From a virus, in the IMG/VR virus record IMGVR_UViG_3300032523_001141, positions 55,991 to 119,990 of that record: 64,000 nt of DNA, one strand, 5' to 3'. The translations under genes and the position numbers were made by a program. Numbering within the stretch: the first letter of the stretch is position 1; every line of letters starts with the position of its first letter. Below, one piece after another: positions 19,229 through 29,323 of this stretch. The notes under the pieces are model-generated. The model was not told the DNA's origin. It saw nothing but the letters and a program-made list of their open reading frames with translations, and made no database searches.

Positions 19229-19235
19229 AACGTCC

Positions 19236-20570
19236 TCAAACTAAACCGCGTTGTTTATCTTGTACGTCAATGAGGTTACGCGTCCGCTCGGCCTTAATTT
19301 TTTCAAGCTCTAACAGTTGCTTTATGTCAAAATCAGCAAGCTGCCCGGCCTCGAGTCGTTTTCGCAAAAGAGCCTGCACGGTTGCGGACGAATCCATGAA
19401 ACTAGGAGCGACCTCAGCCAATTCATTAAACGCATTTGCAACCTCCCTAGGGTCGTGGCCTGAAATAACAGGATCGTTAGTTACCAAATCAGCCAGCACG
19501 CCCTGCGCCCGAATATTGCGCAGCTTCCGGTCATGGTCTGGATCTGTGATGTCTTTAAATGCCTCATTGCGCATTTCATCTGGTGATTTAATGTAGCTGT
19601 TAGCGCCCTGCCACATCGTCTCACCCAGTGCACGCGTTGCCGAAACCGGGCCGGTCGGGTATCCCGACAACGCGTCAGCTTTTTTTAGTTCGACTGGTTC
19701 CTCGGCGGGGTTTCGCAGAATCGAACCTGTTGTAACAACTATTTCCGCTTTCTTCTCTTTAGGCGGCGGGCTGGCAGCGTTAAATTTGCCCTGATACTCC
19801 TTGTATGCAGCCAGTTTTTCAAGAACTGTCTGCACAGTGGTGTACGGGCCGTTGTCGCCGAAGTGGTGTTTGCCGGTGGCGGCTTGTTTATTCAGCCATG
19901 GGTAAACTTCCGCAAGCTTTTTGAGCACTGATACGCCTTCGTCGCCAAGTCGCAGCTCAGTCTCCCGAACAGCGTCGCCAAAACTCATATTGCCCGGCGA
20001 CCGAAAATACGTCGTAAGCTCGTCCATCGCGACCGCGGCTTTGCTGTACGCCACGGTAGCAACACGGCGAATTTCTTCTGTCGCACGCTTTTCTGCTACC
20101 TTGCGGCTTTGCTCGCGCATGACCGCAGCGTGCTCGTCTCTCGGTGGCGGCGTAAACGTCTTTTCCGGAAGCGGCAGAAGCGCAGCAGCCGCTTTTTCCA
20201 TAGTCGCTTTTCGGCGGGCTAAAAACCCGGACGGCGACACCGCGTACTCAGTTGAGATAGCCGTGTCCCGAATAATCTCGCCCGAGGTTTTTACGGCTTT
20301 CGGATAAAGCGCGTCAATAATTGTGTCTACATCGGCAAGCTTGAAGTCAGCTGATTTTTCACTAACTGTTTCACCGAGCTCGCGTTGTTTAGTGGTGCGG
20401 CCTGTGTTGTAGGCATGCACCATAAGGTTTACGTAATTAGCGGGAAAATTCTCCGCTGCCGCGACTTTTATAATCGCGTCGTTAGGTTCCGCGCCGTCAT
20501 TCACGAGCGCGGCGGCCTTTTCAATAGCCGAGAGCAGTTTTGTCTCGGCGTCTTTGCTTAAAGGACGCAT
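19236..20570 (-). CDS. Hypothetical virion/core protein (KxA motifs)
   Basis: 444 aa helical; EKAAA, EKSA, NKQAA, KKAD. Confidence 0.65.
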   Translation of the reverse strand: MRPLSKDAETKLLSAIEKAAALVNDGAEPNDAIIKVAAAENFPANYVNLMVHAYNTGRTTKQRELGETVSEKSADFKLADVDTIIDALYPKAVKTSGEIIRDTAISTEYAVSPSGFLARRKATMEKAAAALLPLPEKTFTPPPRDEHAAVMREQSRKVAEKRATEEIRRVATVAYSKAAVAMDELTTYFRSPGNMSFGDAVRETELRLGDEGVSVLKKLAEVYPWLNKQAATGKHHFGDNGPYTTVQTVLEKLAAYKEYQGKFNAASPPPKEKKAEIVVTTGSILRNPAEEPVELKKADALSGYPTGPVSATRALGETMWQGANSYIKSPDEMRNEAFKDITDPDHDRKLRNIRAQGVLADLVTNDPVISGHDPREVANAFNELAEVAPSFMDSSATVQALLRKRLEAGQLADFDIKQLLELEKIKAERTRNLIDVQDKQRGLV

Positions 20571-20573
20571 TCG

Positions 20574-21503
20574 TTATTCTCCCGGGAACTTTAAGTTCTC
20601 AAGCATCTTTTGATTTTCGAGCTTGCCGCCAGCCGCCACAATCATTAATTCGTCACTGCGCAATTCTGCGGCGTTATTATCAAATGGTACCATTTTATCC
20701 CCCTCGGAATCCAGCTTTGTCCCAATTTTGAACGGCAGATGACTAAGCATAGCGCCAATATTTTGAACAATACTAATTTGAGACTTTTCGGTGTTTTCCG
20801 TGGTCCGCTCAATTTCAACGTACTTAACGTACGACTCGAGGAGCGGAAGCTGGGTGTGTGTGTTAATTGGAACCGTAAGCGCGGCAACGGCGGCTTTATG
20901 TCGCATAGAATTAATGGCCGAGGTCTGGAAAAACTCAGAAACCTCGTTGGCATTTTGCGGCTTATGGATATTTGTGAACTTACCGATAAGCGCGTCGAGA
21001 ACGTAAACACCGCCTTGGTAGCCAAACATTTTCCACAGCAGGTCGTATTGGCGCTCGGTCAGCCCGCGGGAAACGGCGTCTGCCATTACAACGTTTACGA
21101 TATAATTGCCATTATGCAGCTTTCCGCGCACATCAAAAAACACGGCAGCGTATGCGGCAATTACGTCCGGCTCGCAACCCACTTTTTCGGCAATTTCCTC
21201 GTCAGACGCGCCGGCCAGAATGTAAGCCTCGATAGCCCAACGTGTCGGGGCCTTTTCTTCTGCCCAAACTGAATGCGCCCAGAATAACCCACGGTCTAAA
21301 CGCACTAAGGCGTATACAGCGTGTGGTTTATTTGCAGCCATAGCGTGACGACGCTTTAGCCGCACAATGCGCCGAATCCACTCAAAACCATCGGAGCCGT
21401 CAACGGCTTTGGACGGCTTTGGGCCACCAGCGTCAATTTGCACAGCCCGCAGCCAACGCCAGTTCGGCGCGCGTAGGGGATTGTCGCGTAAGGCGGTCAG
21501 CAT
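20574..21503 (-). CDS. Hypothetical protein with HTH-like segment
   Basis: GASDEEIAEKVGCEPDVIAAY resembles a helix-turn-helix. Confidence 0.55.
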   Translation of the reverse strand: MLTALRDNPLRAPNWRWLRAVQIDAGGPKPSKAVDGSDGFEWIRRIVRLKRRHAMAANKPHAVYALVRLDRGLFWAHSVWAEEKAPTRWAIEAYILAGASDEEIAEKVGCEPDVIAAYAAVFFDVRGKLHNGNYIVNVVMADAVSRGLTERQYDLLWKMFGYQGGVYVLDALIGKFTNIHKPQNANEVSEFFQTSAINSMRHKAAVAALTVPINTHTQLPLLESYVKYVEIERTTENTEKSQISIVQNIGAMLSHLPFKIGTKLDSEGDKMVPFDNNAAELRSDELMIVAAGGKLENQKMLENLKFPGE

Positions 21504-21544
21504 GTAAAACTTTCTTAGCCGTATTGGTCGCAATTACCAGGCTA

Positions 21545-22597
21545 TCACGGCGAGTTTTGGTCAACAAACCCGAAACAGACTGTGCAGTAATATTCGCTGA
21601 CGGTGTAGTTAAACTTCACGCTAGTCATTGTGCCGTCGATTCGAATAATGTTGAACCCTTCTGCGCCAGTAAATTGTGTGTACTGAGTAGCGCCTACGGG
21701 ATTTTGATATGTCGTTTCGCCGCCTGACTCCCAGATTGGCGTAAACGGTTTTGGCGCGCCATTCTCGTCGAGTACCTGTACTGGGACCCCCGTGCCGGGA
21801 TTACCGACACTAGCAAAAGCAACTAGGGCGTCTGTGACGGGCGAACTAAACGTCGCAGTAAATACCCCGGTCTGCGTGTTTCCAATTTGCTTGCCGCTGC
21901 TTGGTACGCCGTAGTCTGCCGGGAAAGTGCCGGGGTTGTACATGCCGCTGTGCTCGAACATCCCGCCACCACTTTGGGTAATTGCGACTGTGATGGCGTT
22001 CTGCCCGATTCCAGACGCCGTGGTGGAATCTATGCTCAGCATTCTCATCCACTTGAAACCAGAGTCGCCAGTACACGAAGAGTCATCGCAAGTCGCTAAC
22101 GGGTTGTAATTGTCGGCGGCTGGGTTCGTGCAGCCATAGACGCATGGAATACATGAGCCGTCGTCACACGTTGCGCTTGGGTTGTAGTTTGTGGCTGTGT
22201 TATCCGTGCAGCCATTAACACACGGAGGGCAAACCTGCTCAGCCGTAAATGGCGCCGGCCAATTTACCAACCACGGCCGGGTCGCATAACTATACGCTCT
22301 GGCGAGTTCTGCGCCTTCGTTCGTGTAAAGCCACACGCCTGTTATGTAGCGAACCGTTTCATCTCCGTAAACATATGTCTCACGGCCATACGGCGCGTAG
22401 TTAATAGGAGAGAGAGTGCGCTCACCAGCAACCCAGCCGGTCATTTTGACGGGGGCAGTTGCCTCCGAGCAACACGAATCGCCGCGACAAAACACCAACT
22501 TATCGCCTATAAACACGCGTGCAACATCGTCATCGCCTATTTTAATAGACGTGATGTTGGTGCTGCCTATGTATGTATCGCTGTCTACTATTGGCAT
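21545..22597 (-). CDS. Putative fibre/adhesin with Cys-rich GCTxxxAxNYNPxATCDDxSC repeats
   Basis: Two tandem Cys-rich repeats; N-terminal IKIGDDDVARVFIGDKLV motif seen in phage fibres. Confidence 0.6.
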   Translation of the reverse strand: MPIVDSDTYIGSTNITSIKIGDDDVARVFIGDKLVFCRGDSCCSEATAPVKMTGWVAGERTLSPINYAPYGRETYVYGDETVRYITGVWLYTNEGAELARAYSYATRPWLVNWPAPFTAEQVCPPCVNGCTDNTATNYNPSATCDDGSCIPCVYGCTNPAADNYNPLATCDDSSCTGDSGFKWMRMLSIDSTTASGIGQNAITVAITQSGGGMFEHSGMYNPGTFPADYGVPSSGKQIGNTQTGVFTATFSSPVTDALVAFASVGNPGTGVPVQVLDENGAPKPFTPIWESGGETTYQNPVGATQYTQFTGAEGFNIIRIDGTMTSVKFNYTVSEYYCTVCFGFVDQNSP

Positions 22598-22602
22598 AGC
22601 GA

Positions 22603-23538
22603 TTACTCGGCAACAATGTAGTACACAGTTGCCGGATCTTTAGTCGCCAATGCGTTATAGCCGGCCTGGGTAATTTTGACGATGTTTGTAAGCACTGTCC
22701 CGCCTGTAAGCCCGGTAATGTCGCTCTCTACGTAGTTGTTTGCTCCGCCGCCGCCAATCTCTACCGCCGTGTTGTCTGCAAGTCCGGCGTACAGTTTATT
22801 CTCGTCTTCGTCGTACAGCATCTCACCCGGCTGCACGTTGATCGGCGTCAGATTTATTTCGCTGACAATCTCGCGGCGGCGGCGTGGAAAATGCAACGCG
22901 CGGAATACGCGCGTAAAAATTTCACCCGGCTCGGCGCTAATTTCGAGGTACGTGAAATAAGCCTTATCGCTAACATCGGTATCCACATCGGCGTGAAAAC
23001 CGATGCGGTACGCGCCAGCAGAAAGCCGCTCGTTTTCAAGCACAATTGTGTCGACAAGGTCGGAGGGGTCGGGGCTACTGCCTACAAACAATTCGTGCGT
23101 AATAGTTTCTGCAACTGGGTCATACGTCACGCGCGCTGTGTAAGTAATGTCAACTGTGAGTGTGTATTCTGAATACACGACGCTTTCTGCAACTTGCCCC
23201 ATCACGCGCGGATTGCCGCAATTGTACTGAACGGCAATACGTGACGTGTCATCGTCCCAACTCCAGTACGGCTCAGCGTCGGCTTTGAAAAAACAAATGC
23301 CGTGATCGGGGCAGGCCTCATCCTCGTCCCCGTCGCTAATGTTGCTGTGCACAAACGTGTAAACGACTACGACAGTTGTTTCGCCACCGATGTCATAGTT
23401 CGTGCGAATAGGGTACAGCGCATTTTCCGCGTCGCCAGAGAACCACATGCCGGTAGAGTCAAAACCAAACGCTAAGTTTGCGTCTGGGAACGTATCAAGC
23501 CACGCTGGCTGTGTCTGCAGATTGCTAGAAACACTCAT
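22603..23538 (-). CDS. Putative fibre protein with lectin-like domain
   Basis: Acidic beta-sandwich, PGEMLYD...KLYAG motif, C-terminal ITQAGYNALATKDPATVYYI fibre motif. Confidence 0.55.
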   Translation of the reverse strand: MSVSSNLQTQPAWLDTFPDANLAFGFDSTGMWFSGDAENALYPIRTNYDIGGETTVVVVYTFVHSNISDGDEDEACPDHGICFFKADAEPYWSWDDDTSRIAVQYNCGNPRVMGQVAESVVYSEYTLTVDITYTARVTYDPVAETITHELFVGSSPDPSDLVDTIVLENERLSAGAYRIGFHADVDTDVSDKAYFTYLEISAEPGEIFTRVFRALHFPRRRREIVSEINLTPINVQPGEMLYDEDENKLYAGLADNTAVEIGGGGANNYVESDITGLTGGTVLTNIVKITQAGYNALATKDPATVYYIVAE

Positions 23539-23561
23539 GCTATTTCTCCAGTATGTGGTAT

Positions 23562-23981
23562 TTACCGAAGCATCGGCGTTTCGACGGTGACAGTCAGCAC
23601 AAAGTTCTTGCTGCCGCTACCGTTCGGTTTGATTCGCAGGTACAAAAAACGCTGCGGGAGCGTAGGTGTTCCGTCGCGGTTAAGGTAGGCAACATTAACA
23701 TCACTATTTTCAGCAATAGCCACGACGTCTTGATCAGAAACTACGTCGGCAAAATCCGAAAGACTTAAAACGTGAAAAGCCTCAGCGGGCAATGTACTGT
23801 TCGGCGCTGTCTCTTGGCTGCTGGAATACAGATCGGCTTCAAACTTGTTGTCAGCGCCGTTTAGTTGAACAAGCGCGTATCCGCGCAAAATTGCTCGGTG
23901 CGGCATCTTTACCGGCACAACTGTTTCAGTGCCGCTTGCTGCTGTAAATGTAGTAGTGCCCGCCCAAATAGTGCCAGCCAT
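23562..23981 (-). CDS. Hypothetical beta-rich virion protein
   Basis: 139 aa, SD AGGTG. Confidence 0.55.
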   Translation of the reverse strand: MAGTIWAGTTTFTAASGTETVVPVKMPHRAILRGYALVQLNGADNKFEADLYSSSQETAPNSTLPAEAFHVLSLSDFADVVSDQDVVAIAENSDVNVAYLNRDGTPTLPQRFLYLRIKPNGSGSKNFVLTVTVETPMLR

Positions 23982-23991
23982 TTTTCACCTA

Positions 23992-26406
23992 TTAAGAGTT
24001 AGCTACAGCGCTCAGGTCGATATCCTGCGCGCTATTGTCCGGGTTCGGGTCGATTGTCTTCTGCTTCAGGAAGAGAATAACATCGCCGAGCATTTCAAAC
24101 GCGTTACGAAGCGAGTCTTCAAGTTCGGGCATGTCGCTCTTGCCATAGCGGTCAGCAAATCGATCTCCGTGCCAGTAGAACATAAACAAGATGCGGCCAA
24201 GCTTATCTAACCCCTTGGTTAAGTCGCCCATGTAGCGATCCACAAGCGAGTCGTCACGCACGGCACGTAACATGCTGCCGATCATAGCCGTATCAAATAC
24301 TTCTTTTTGACCAGACTGCGCCGCGTCAAGAACGCGTTGCAGTTCTTGATCAGTTCCGGAGCCCAGCACGCCCTTATCGTACATTGGGTTTGGATTGTAA
24401 ACGCTGCGGTCCGTATTAAGAGCAAGCATGTCGGGAACTGGTACGCCCTGATCAATACCGAGTTGCGTGGGCACATTTGTACCCATGACAAACTCGCCGC
24501 CCATTACCGGTGACGGCATAGTGGGCGCACTGGGCGCGCCGTTAATCATCATCGGGCCGCCATACGGGTCAGCAGCTAGCTTAAGCCGGCAGGAGAACTT
24601 ACGGGACGAAGCAGCTCGCGTCAAAATCTCGCGGGCGGCGTCTTCTCGCAGGTGGTGCTCAACAAGCAGATTAACTAGCGCTTGTTTTTCGGAAAGTTTC
24701 TTTTCGCCATTTATCTCGACTTCCGTGCCGTTATGTGTTACCTCCAACGAAGCCGTTTTGCTCATTAAGCAAAGCTGCGCGTCAATAAGATTTCCGGGCA
24801 TGAGAGCTGGCGGGTCGCTTTCGCCGCAACCGCAAGCGCCTTGGTCGTCGGCAGACTCGGCGTCGTCTTCACCCTTGCTGACTTTGAGCAACTTGTAGCC
24901 TTCGGGGACAAAGATGTCGCCCATGCTTGAACGCAGGCTGCCGCCCTTTTTGCCGTTAAGGTGGATGCGCACGCCGTCGCGCCATTTATCGTAATTTAGT
25001 GGGTCGGTGTAGCAGCACGGCGAAATGTGCCCCTTGGGCGGGAATTTCGAGTGATCTTCAAGATGCGCCTCGTAACTTGTCGTGCCGTACTCCGACTCGC
25101 CGTACTCGCGGATAACGCGGAACGGAACTGTCGCGTCGCCGCGCTTGCAGATCGCCATGTGGCGGCCAGACTTGGACACGCTATTGGCTTCTGGCAGTGC
25201 GTCAAACCACTTGTCAAACTCTTCGCCTTCAATTCGGGCTAGGGCGAACACTTGATCCGCGCGGGTATTAATCCAGTCCGGTTTGCCGTCTACGCGAACT
25301 ACGGTAATAAAGTCTGTGCGCTTGGACGCGCCCATCGGATAAGCGGCTACGTAGCAGCGTTCAATGTCACCCGGCTTAACGAGGATGTCGTACAGCCCGC
25401 TTTGAGTGGGGTTGAAAAGCTTCTTATCTACTTGGATATGATACGGAATTGCCACGTTATCGCGGTCGCGCTGATCGTCGATAAGAATACCGTCGTTTAG
25501 AAGTTTTTCTTGATCTTCTTCTGTGTGTCCGGGGGGCAGCATCGTTTGGATCGTTACGTCCATAGTTACGATCTTTAAGCCCTTGAGAGCCTTTGGCTTC
25601 TCAGGCGCCTCTGACACAATGCTGGCGATTTTTGGCGCGTTTTCACGAATCTTGGCCGCGTCAATGGCTTCTTTAATAATATTGAGCCCGTGAAACTGCT
25701 CAATAGCCGACGCTAGTTGCGGCGCGCGCTGACAAGCCTTAACGAGGAAGTCGAGCGTCTCAAGCCGGGCCGACTTCAAAAAAGTACCCAGGTCGAGGCT
25801 CACGCTGATTTCTTGAAATGCGGCGGTGGTGTTCAGCGTTGCAGCTTTTGCAAACGCCGGCATGGCTTCTGTGATCATTTCTTTAAGCGTCGGGTTTGCC
25901 GAGCCGAACTTAGACGGCGAGCGGCTAAGCTGCGTAAAGTCAGGCTGCCGTTGGCCAAGCCGAGAAAGGCTGCGGTCGACGCCGTGGCCGAGAATACCGG
26001 GTTTTCGGTTAATGAGATAATTAATCCAATTTTCTTTGAGCGGTACAAACATGTCCTGATTTTTCAGGTACAGCAGTTCGTGACCCTTTAAGTCGCCGTT
26101 TAAAAAGAACATAGGCGCGTACAGCCACATCGTCCCGAGCTTAAACGCAAAAACACCAACAGCCTTGGTATTTTCGTTATTGCGGTCGAGAAGCTGAAAG
26201 CCGACTTCGTGGTCAAGTAGGCCGGGAGCTTTGTCTTGCAGGTAAGCGTGAGCTAAGTTGCTAAATGCCTGCTCAAACGGGGTGTCGTCACCATTGCCGC
26301 CTAACGCCGCGTACTTAACATTCGAGCGGGAGTATTGCCCCAACTTCTCAAGTTGTTGCTTCCAAGCGGGTTTGTTACTTTTTTTGTTGTACACAGCCAC
26401 CTCCAT
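23992..26406 (-). CDS. Large hypothetical protein (KxA motifs); true start may be GTG at 26394
   Basis: 804 aa; VKYAA, AKAAT, SKTAS, LKLAA; GGAGG precedes GTG 26394. Confidence 0.65.
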   Translation of the reverse strand: MEVAVYNKKSNKPAWKQQLEKLGQYSRSNVKYAALGGNGDDTPFEQAFSNLAHAYLQDKAPGLLDHEVGFQLLDRNNENTKAVGVFAFKLGTMWLYAPMFFLNGDLKGHELLYLKNQDMFVPLKENWINYLINRKPGILGHGVDRSLSRLGQRQPDFTQLSRSPSKFGSANPTLKEMITEAMPAFAKAATLNTTAAFQEISVSLDLGTFLKSARLETLDFLVKACQRAPQLASAIEQFHGLNIIKEAIDAAKIRENAPKIASIVSEAPEKPKALKGLKIVTMDVTIQTMLPPGHTEEDQEKLLNDGILIDDQRDRDNVAIPYHIQVDKKLFNPTQSGLYDILVKPGDIERCYVAAYPMGASKRTDFITVVRVDGKPDWINTRADQVFALARIEGEEFDKWFDALPEANSVSKSGRHMAICKRGDATVPFRVIREYGESEYGTTSYEAHLEDHSKFPPKGHISPCCYTDPLNYDKWRDGVRIHLNGKKGGSLRSSMGDIFVPEGYKLLKVSKGEDDAESADDQGACGCGESDPPALMPGNLIDAQLCLMSKTASLEVTHNGTEVEINGEKKLSEKQALVNLLVEHHLREDAAREILTRAASSRKFSCRLKLAADPYGGPMMINGAPSAPTMPSPVMGGEFVMGTNVPTQLGIDQGVPVPDMLALNTDRSVYNPNPMYDKGVLGSGTDQELQRVLDAAQSGQKEVFDTAMIGSMLRAVRDDSLVDRYMGDLTKGLDKLGRILFMFYWHGDRFADRYGKSDMPELEDSLRNAFEMLGDVILFLKQKTIDPNPDNSAQDIDLSAVANS

Positions 26407-26475
26407 GCGGCATTTGCGCTATTCGGAAACAGATAACTGATAATTTACCTGTATTTGACTTTGCGATCCACTGTT

Positions 26476-28356
26476 TTATGGTTGCGATTGCCATCCGGCA
26501 GTCGCGCCGGACAGGCCAAACGTCTCTCCACGAGCCAAAGTAGGCACAAAACTGCTACCAGCCGTGTCGCTCACGCCGCCGCGATGAGTAGCATTTAATA
26601 AGCTTTTTTGCTGATACGAGCCCATCATGCGCGTCATCCAGTCCGGGTCTGTAGCAACGCTTGCCATACCCCGCACCATCTCTGGCTCAAAAGGTGGCGG
26701 CTCTTTGTGGGCTTCAATGTCTTTGATGCCGTATTTGTCAAAGTTGTCTAAAACAGATTTGCCAATTTTAGTGCCAATTGAGTAATGCAGCACCGGCTTT
26801 TCTAAATAATGTCCAGTTAGGCTTTTTGGGTTACCGTGTACGCTCCCGGTTCTCGGCTGCCATGACCGCTCCAGCATAGAATACGGCACAATATCGTCTG
26901 GCACATAATCGCCGTATTCGTCGGTCAACCGGACATGATTAATGAGTCCGCGAGATAACAATTCAATGTTACGCCGATGTCCAGTGATTCCGCTATTACC
27001 TAGTACTTGCCTCATAGCCTGTACGAAATAACGGCGGCCCTCTCCGACTCCTTTGTATTTGACTATTTCGGCCGGGCTGGGCATACCCTCTGACAACACG
27101 TCACCGGCTTCAAGTACATCGCCTTTTTTCACCTTAAGCGCCACGTCTGTCGGCACGTAATGTTCTTTTCCGGCAACAATCACGTAATGGCCGCCTTGTG
27201 GCGCCAGCCGAATATCTTGCACTGCACCGTCTAATTGAGAGTGGGTGGCGCCACTGGGGTATTTTTCCGGCACCTGCACTAAAGCATTAAGCGCTTTAAA
27301 TCCAGAAATAGCGCCAGCTCCGCCTACGCCGCCAGAGTGCTTAGAAGAAATCTGGCTTTGTGTAACTGGCTCAGCTAATGCTTGGGCGGCGGCAATTCCA
27401 ACATAATCACCAATCGGCGGTAACCGGTTCTTTTCGCGGTATCCGACATCCTTAGAGTACACACCGCCGTCGGCTGGCCCGCCTACTGCGGGGCTACGCA
27501 CTAGTATGTCTTTAATGTCAAGTTGCTTTAGGTCTTTTAATATTTTTGGCGTAAGCACCGTGTTCCGTTTGTACGGCCCGGAGGCTCTGGCCAGTAGCGC
27601 ACCTTCGTTGTCTACATCGTCAACGTCCGACGGAAAGCCGCGATTATCGGCGCCGGCCAGTAACTCAGGCTGATCCTCATCATCAGACGTGACGAGCAAC
27701 CTGTGATTCATTTGCGTTAACTGTTTGGCAAAAAATCCAGCGTCAGACGTCGCAGTTTTTAAGTCCATCAAACCTTTGCGCGTGCCGAACGCCCCAGCAA
27801 AATACTCCACCGGACGCAAGCCCTGACTGTAGCCGTGCATCACCGGAATTGGAATTGGTTGGTTGCGATGATCTACGTACTGCATGTCGGCGCCAAGAAT
27901 GCTATTAAGCTGAAATTTATTTCCCTTAACGCCAGACGACACTTGATGAAAGAGCGGGTTATCTTGCTCTTCAGCGTCTTTGTAAACAATGTCGATAAGT
28001 TCTTTTTGAGCCTGCGACGATAACTCAAGTATTTTAAGGTTCCGAGATTTGTCGTCGAGGCTAGCGTCGCTCAGCACGCCGCGCAGCTTTTGTTTAATTT
28101 CTTGTTGCTTTTTTTGCGCAACAATCGACGTGGTGATGGCGTCTAAACCGACGGACATACCGTTTGTCGTGTACGCAGTTTCAGCGCCGATATCTTGCAT
28201 CTGCTTCATGACCTCGCGGTACTTGTCTGGGTACCGCGTGGCCAGATCAGTAGCGAGTCCAGTCACGTTTTTCTTCGTCAGGACGCGATTGTAGTCTCGC
28301 ATGTCCGCGGGAAGCGCGCTATTTATCAGAAGTTGTCCAAGCGTTGTTTTTAACAT
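26476..28356 (-). CDS. rpoC: Phage RNA polymerase beta' C-terminal subunit
   Basis: Bridge helix GTRKGLMDLKTATSDAGFFAKQL; trigger loop GIAAAQALAEPVTQSQISSKHSGG; HRRNIELLSR clamp motif. Confidence 0.9.
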   Translation of the reverse strand: MLKTTLGQLLINSALPADMRDYNRVLTKKNVTGLATDLATRYPDKYREVMKQMQDIGAETAYTTNGMSVGLDAITTSIVAQKKQQEIKQKLRGVLSDASLDDKSRNLKILELSSQAQKELIDIVYKDAEEQDNPLFHQVSSGVKGNKFQLNSILGADMQYVDHRNQPIPIPVMHGYSQGLRPVEYFAGAFGTRKGLMDLKTATSDAGFFAKQLTQMNHRLLVTSDDEDQPELLAGADNRGFPSDVDDVDNEGALLARASGPYKRNTVLTPKILKDLKQLDIKDILVRSPAVGGPADGGVYSKDVGYREKNRLPPIGDYVGIAAAQALAEPVTQSQISSKHSGGVGGAGAISGFKALNALVQVPEKYPSGATHSQLDGAVQDIRLAPQGGHYVIVAGKEHYVPTDVALKVKKGDVLEAGDVLSEGMPSPAEIVKYKGVGEGRRYFVQAMRQVLGNSGITGHRRNIELLSRGLINHVRLTDEYGDYVPDDIVPYSMLERSWQPRTGSVHGNPKSLTGHYLEKPVLHYSIGTKIGKSVLDNFDKYGIKDIEAHKEPPPFEPEMVRGMASVATDPDWMTRMMGSYQQKSLLNATHRGGVSDTAGSSFVPTLARGETFGLSGATAGWQSQP

Positions 28357-28357
28357 T

Positions 28358-28600
28358 TCACAACAAGCTCTTTGTTTCTTCTATTGATTTTGGCTTAACG
28401 TCGTGTACTGTTGTAACTTTATCAAAACCTAACGCTTTAAGAACGGCAGCAAAATTACTGTCGCCCGCCTGCGCCGTTACAATCGCGCCGTTATCGACTT
28501 CTACCGCTACGTACAGAATATTTCCAAAACGATCTTCAACGATAACGCTATGCGCGTCAGTAACACTTGGTTGAAGATAGTGCTGCGTTTTAACGAGCAT
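28358..28600 (-). CDS. Hypothetical protein between RNAP genes
   Basis: 80 aa, tightly coupled to both neighbours. Confidence 0.55.
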   Translation of the reverse strand: MLVKTQHYLQPSVTDAHSVIVEDRFGNILYVAVEVDNGAIVTAQAGDSNFAAVLKALGFDKVTTVHDVKPKSIEETKSLL

Positions 28601-29300
28601 TCCGCATCAAGCTCCTGTACAGCGCTGAAGCTGCGGCTGCTGAAACTTGTAAGTTAATTTGCTGCGCTTCTGTACGCGCAACCGGGTCACCGATATACGA
28701 AGCCGATTTCGTCGAGTCGTCAACCTGCCACCAAGCGGCTTTCTCGGGCGGGATCGGGGCTACTGCGCCGCCGTTTTGCGTGGGGTCTTGCCCGGCGTAC
28801 ACATCCGGCGGCAATTGCCCACCGGCGGAGGGATCGGCTGCGGCCGTAGGCGCGTTAGCAGCGCCCGGCAAAGCTGACTCAACTGACGGCGCGCTGGTCG
28901 AGCCCGGCGGGAGAACAATCGCCTCAGGCGGTAATTGCACGCCCATTGCATTCATGATCGCCGTAAGCTGCTGCTGCATGTTGTACATGCGGTAATCAAT
29001 CATTTGCATCATTTGTTCCGGCTTAAGTTTTTGCTGCGCGCCAGCAGGTGCGGCGGCGGGGGCCGGAGCAGGAGCCGGTGCGGGGGCAGGGGCCGGTGCG
29101 GGGGCGCCAGCGCCCATACCCATGTCCATAGGAGCAGCGGCCATCGCGGCCATCGGGTCAGCGCCCATAGCAGCCGGATCCATCGGGGGCGCTCCCATAC
29201 CGCCCATGGCGGCAGGATCAGCCGAAGGTGGTGGTACGGCGGCAGCTTTTTGCATGGTCGCGCGGGCAAGGCGCAAAAGTTCGTAATTGATCATGGACAT
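28590..29300 (-). CDS. Pro/Ala/Met-rich protein (KxA motifs) between RNAP genes
   Basis: 236 aa, SD AAGGAG, (PA)n tract, QKAAA, EKAAW, TKSAS. Confidence 0.65.
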   Translation of the reverse strand: MSMINYELLRLARATMQKAAAVPPPSADPAAMGGMGAPPMDPAAMGADPMAAMAAAPMDMGMGAGAPAPAPAPAPAPAPAPAAAPAGAQQKLKPEQMMQMIDYRMYNMQQQLTAIMNAMGVQLPPEAIVLPPGSTSAPSVESALPGAANAPTAAADPSAGGQLPPDVYAGQDPTQNGGAVAPIPPEKAAWWQVDDSTKSASYIGDPVARTEAQQINLQVSAAAASALYRSLMRNAR

Positions 29301-29323
29301 GAAAATCTCCTTGTTTGGTGGCC

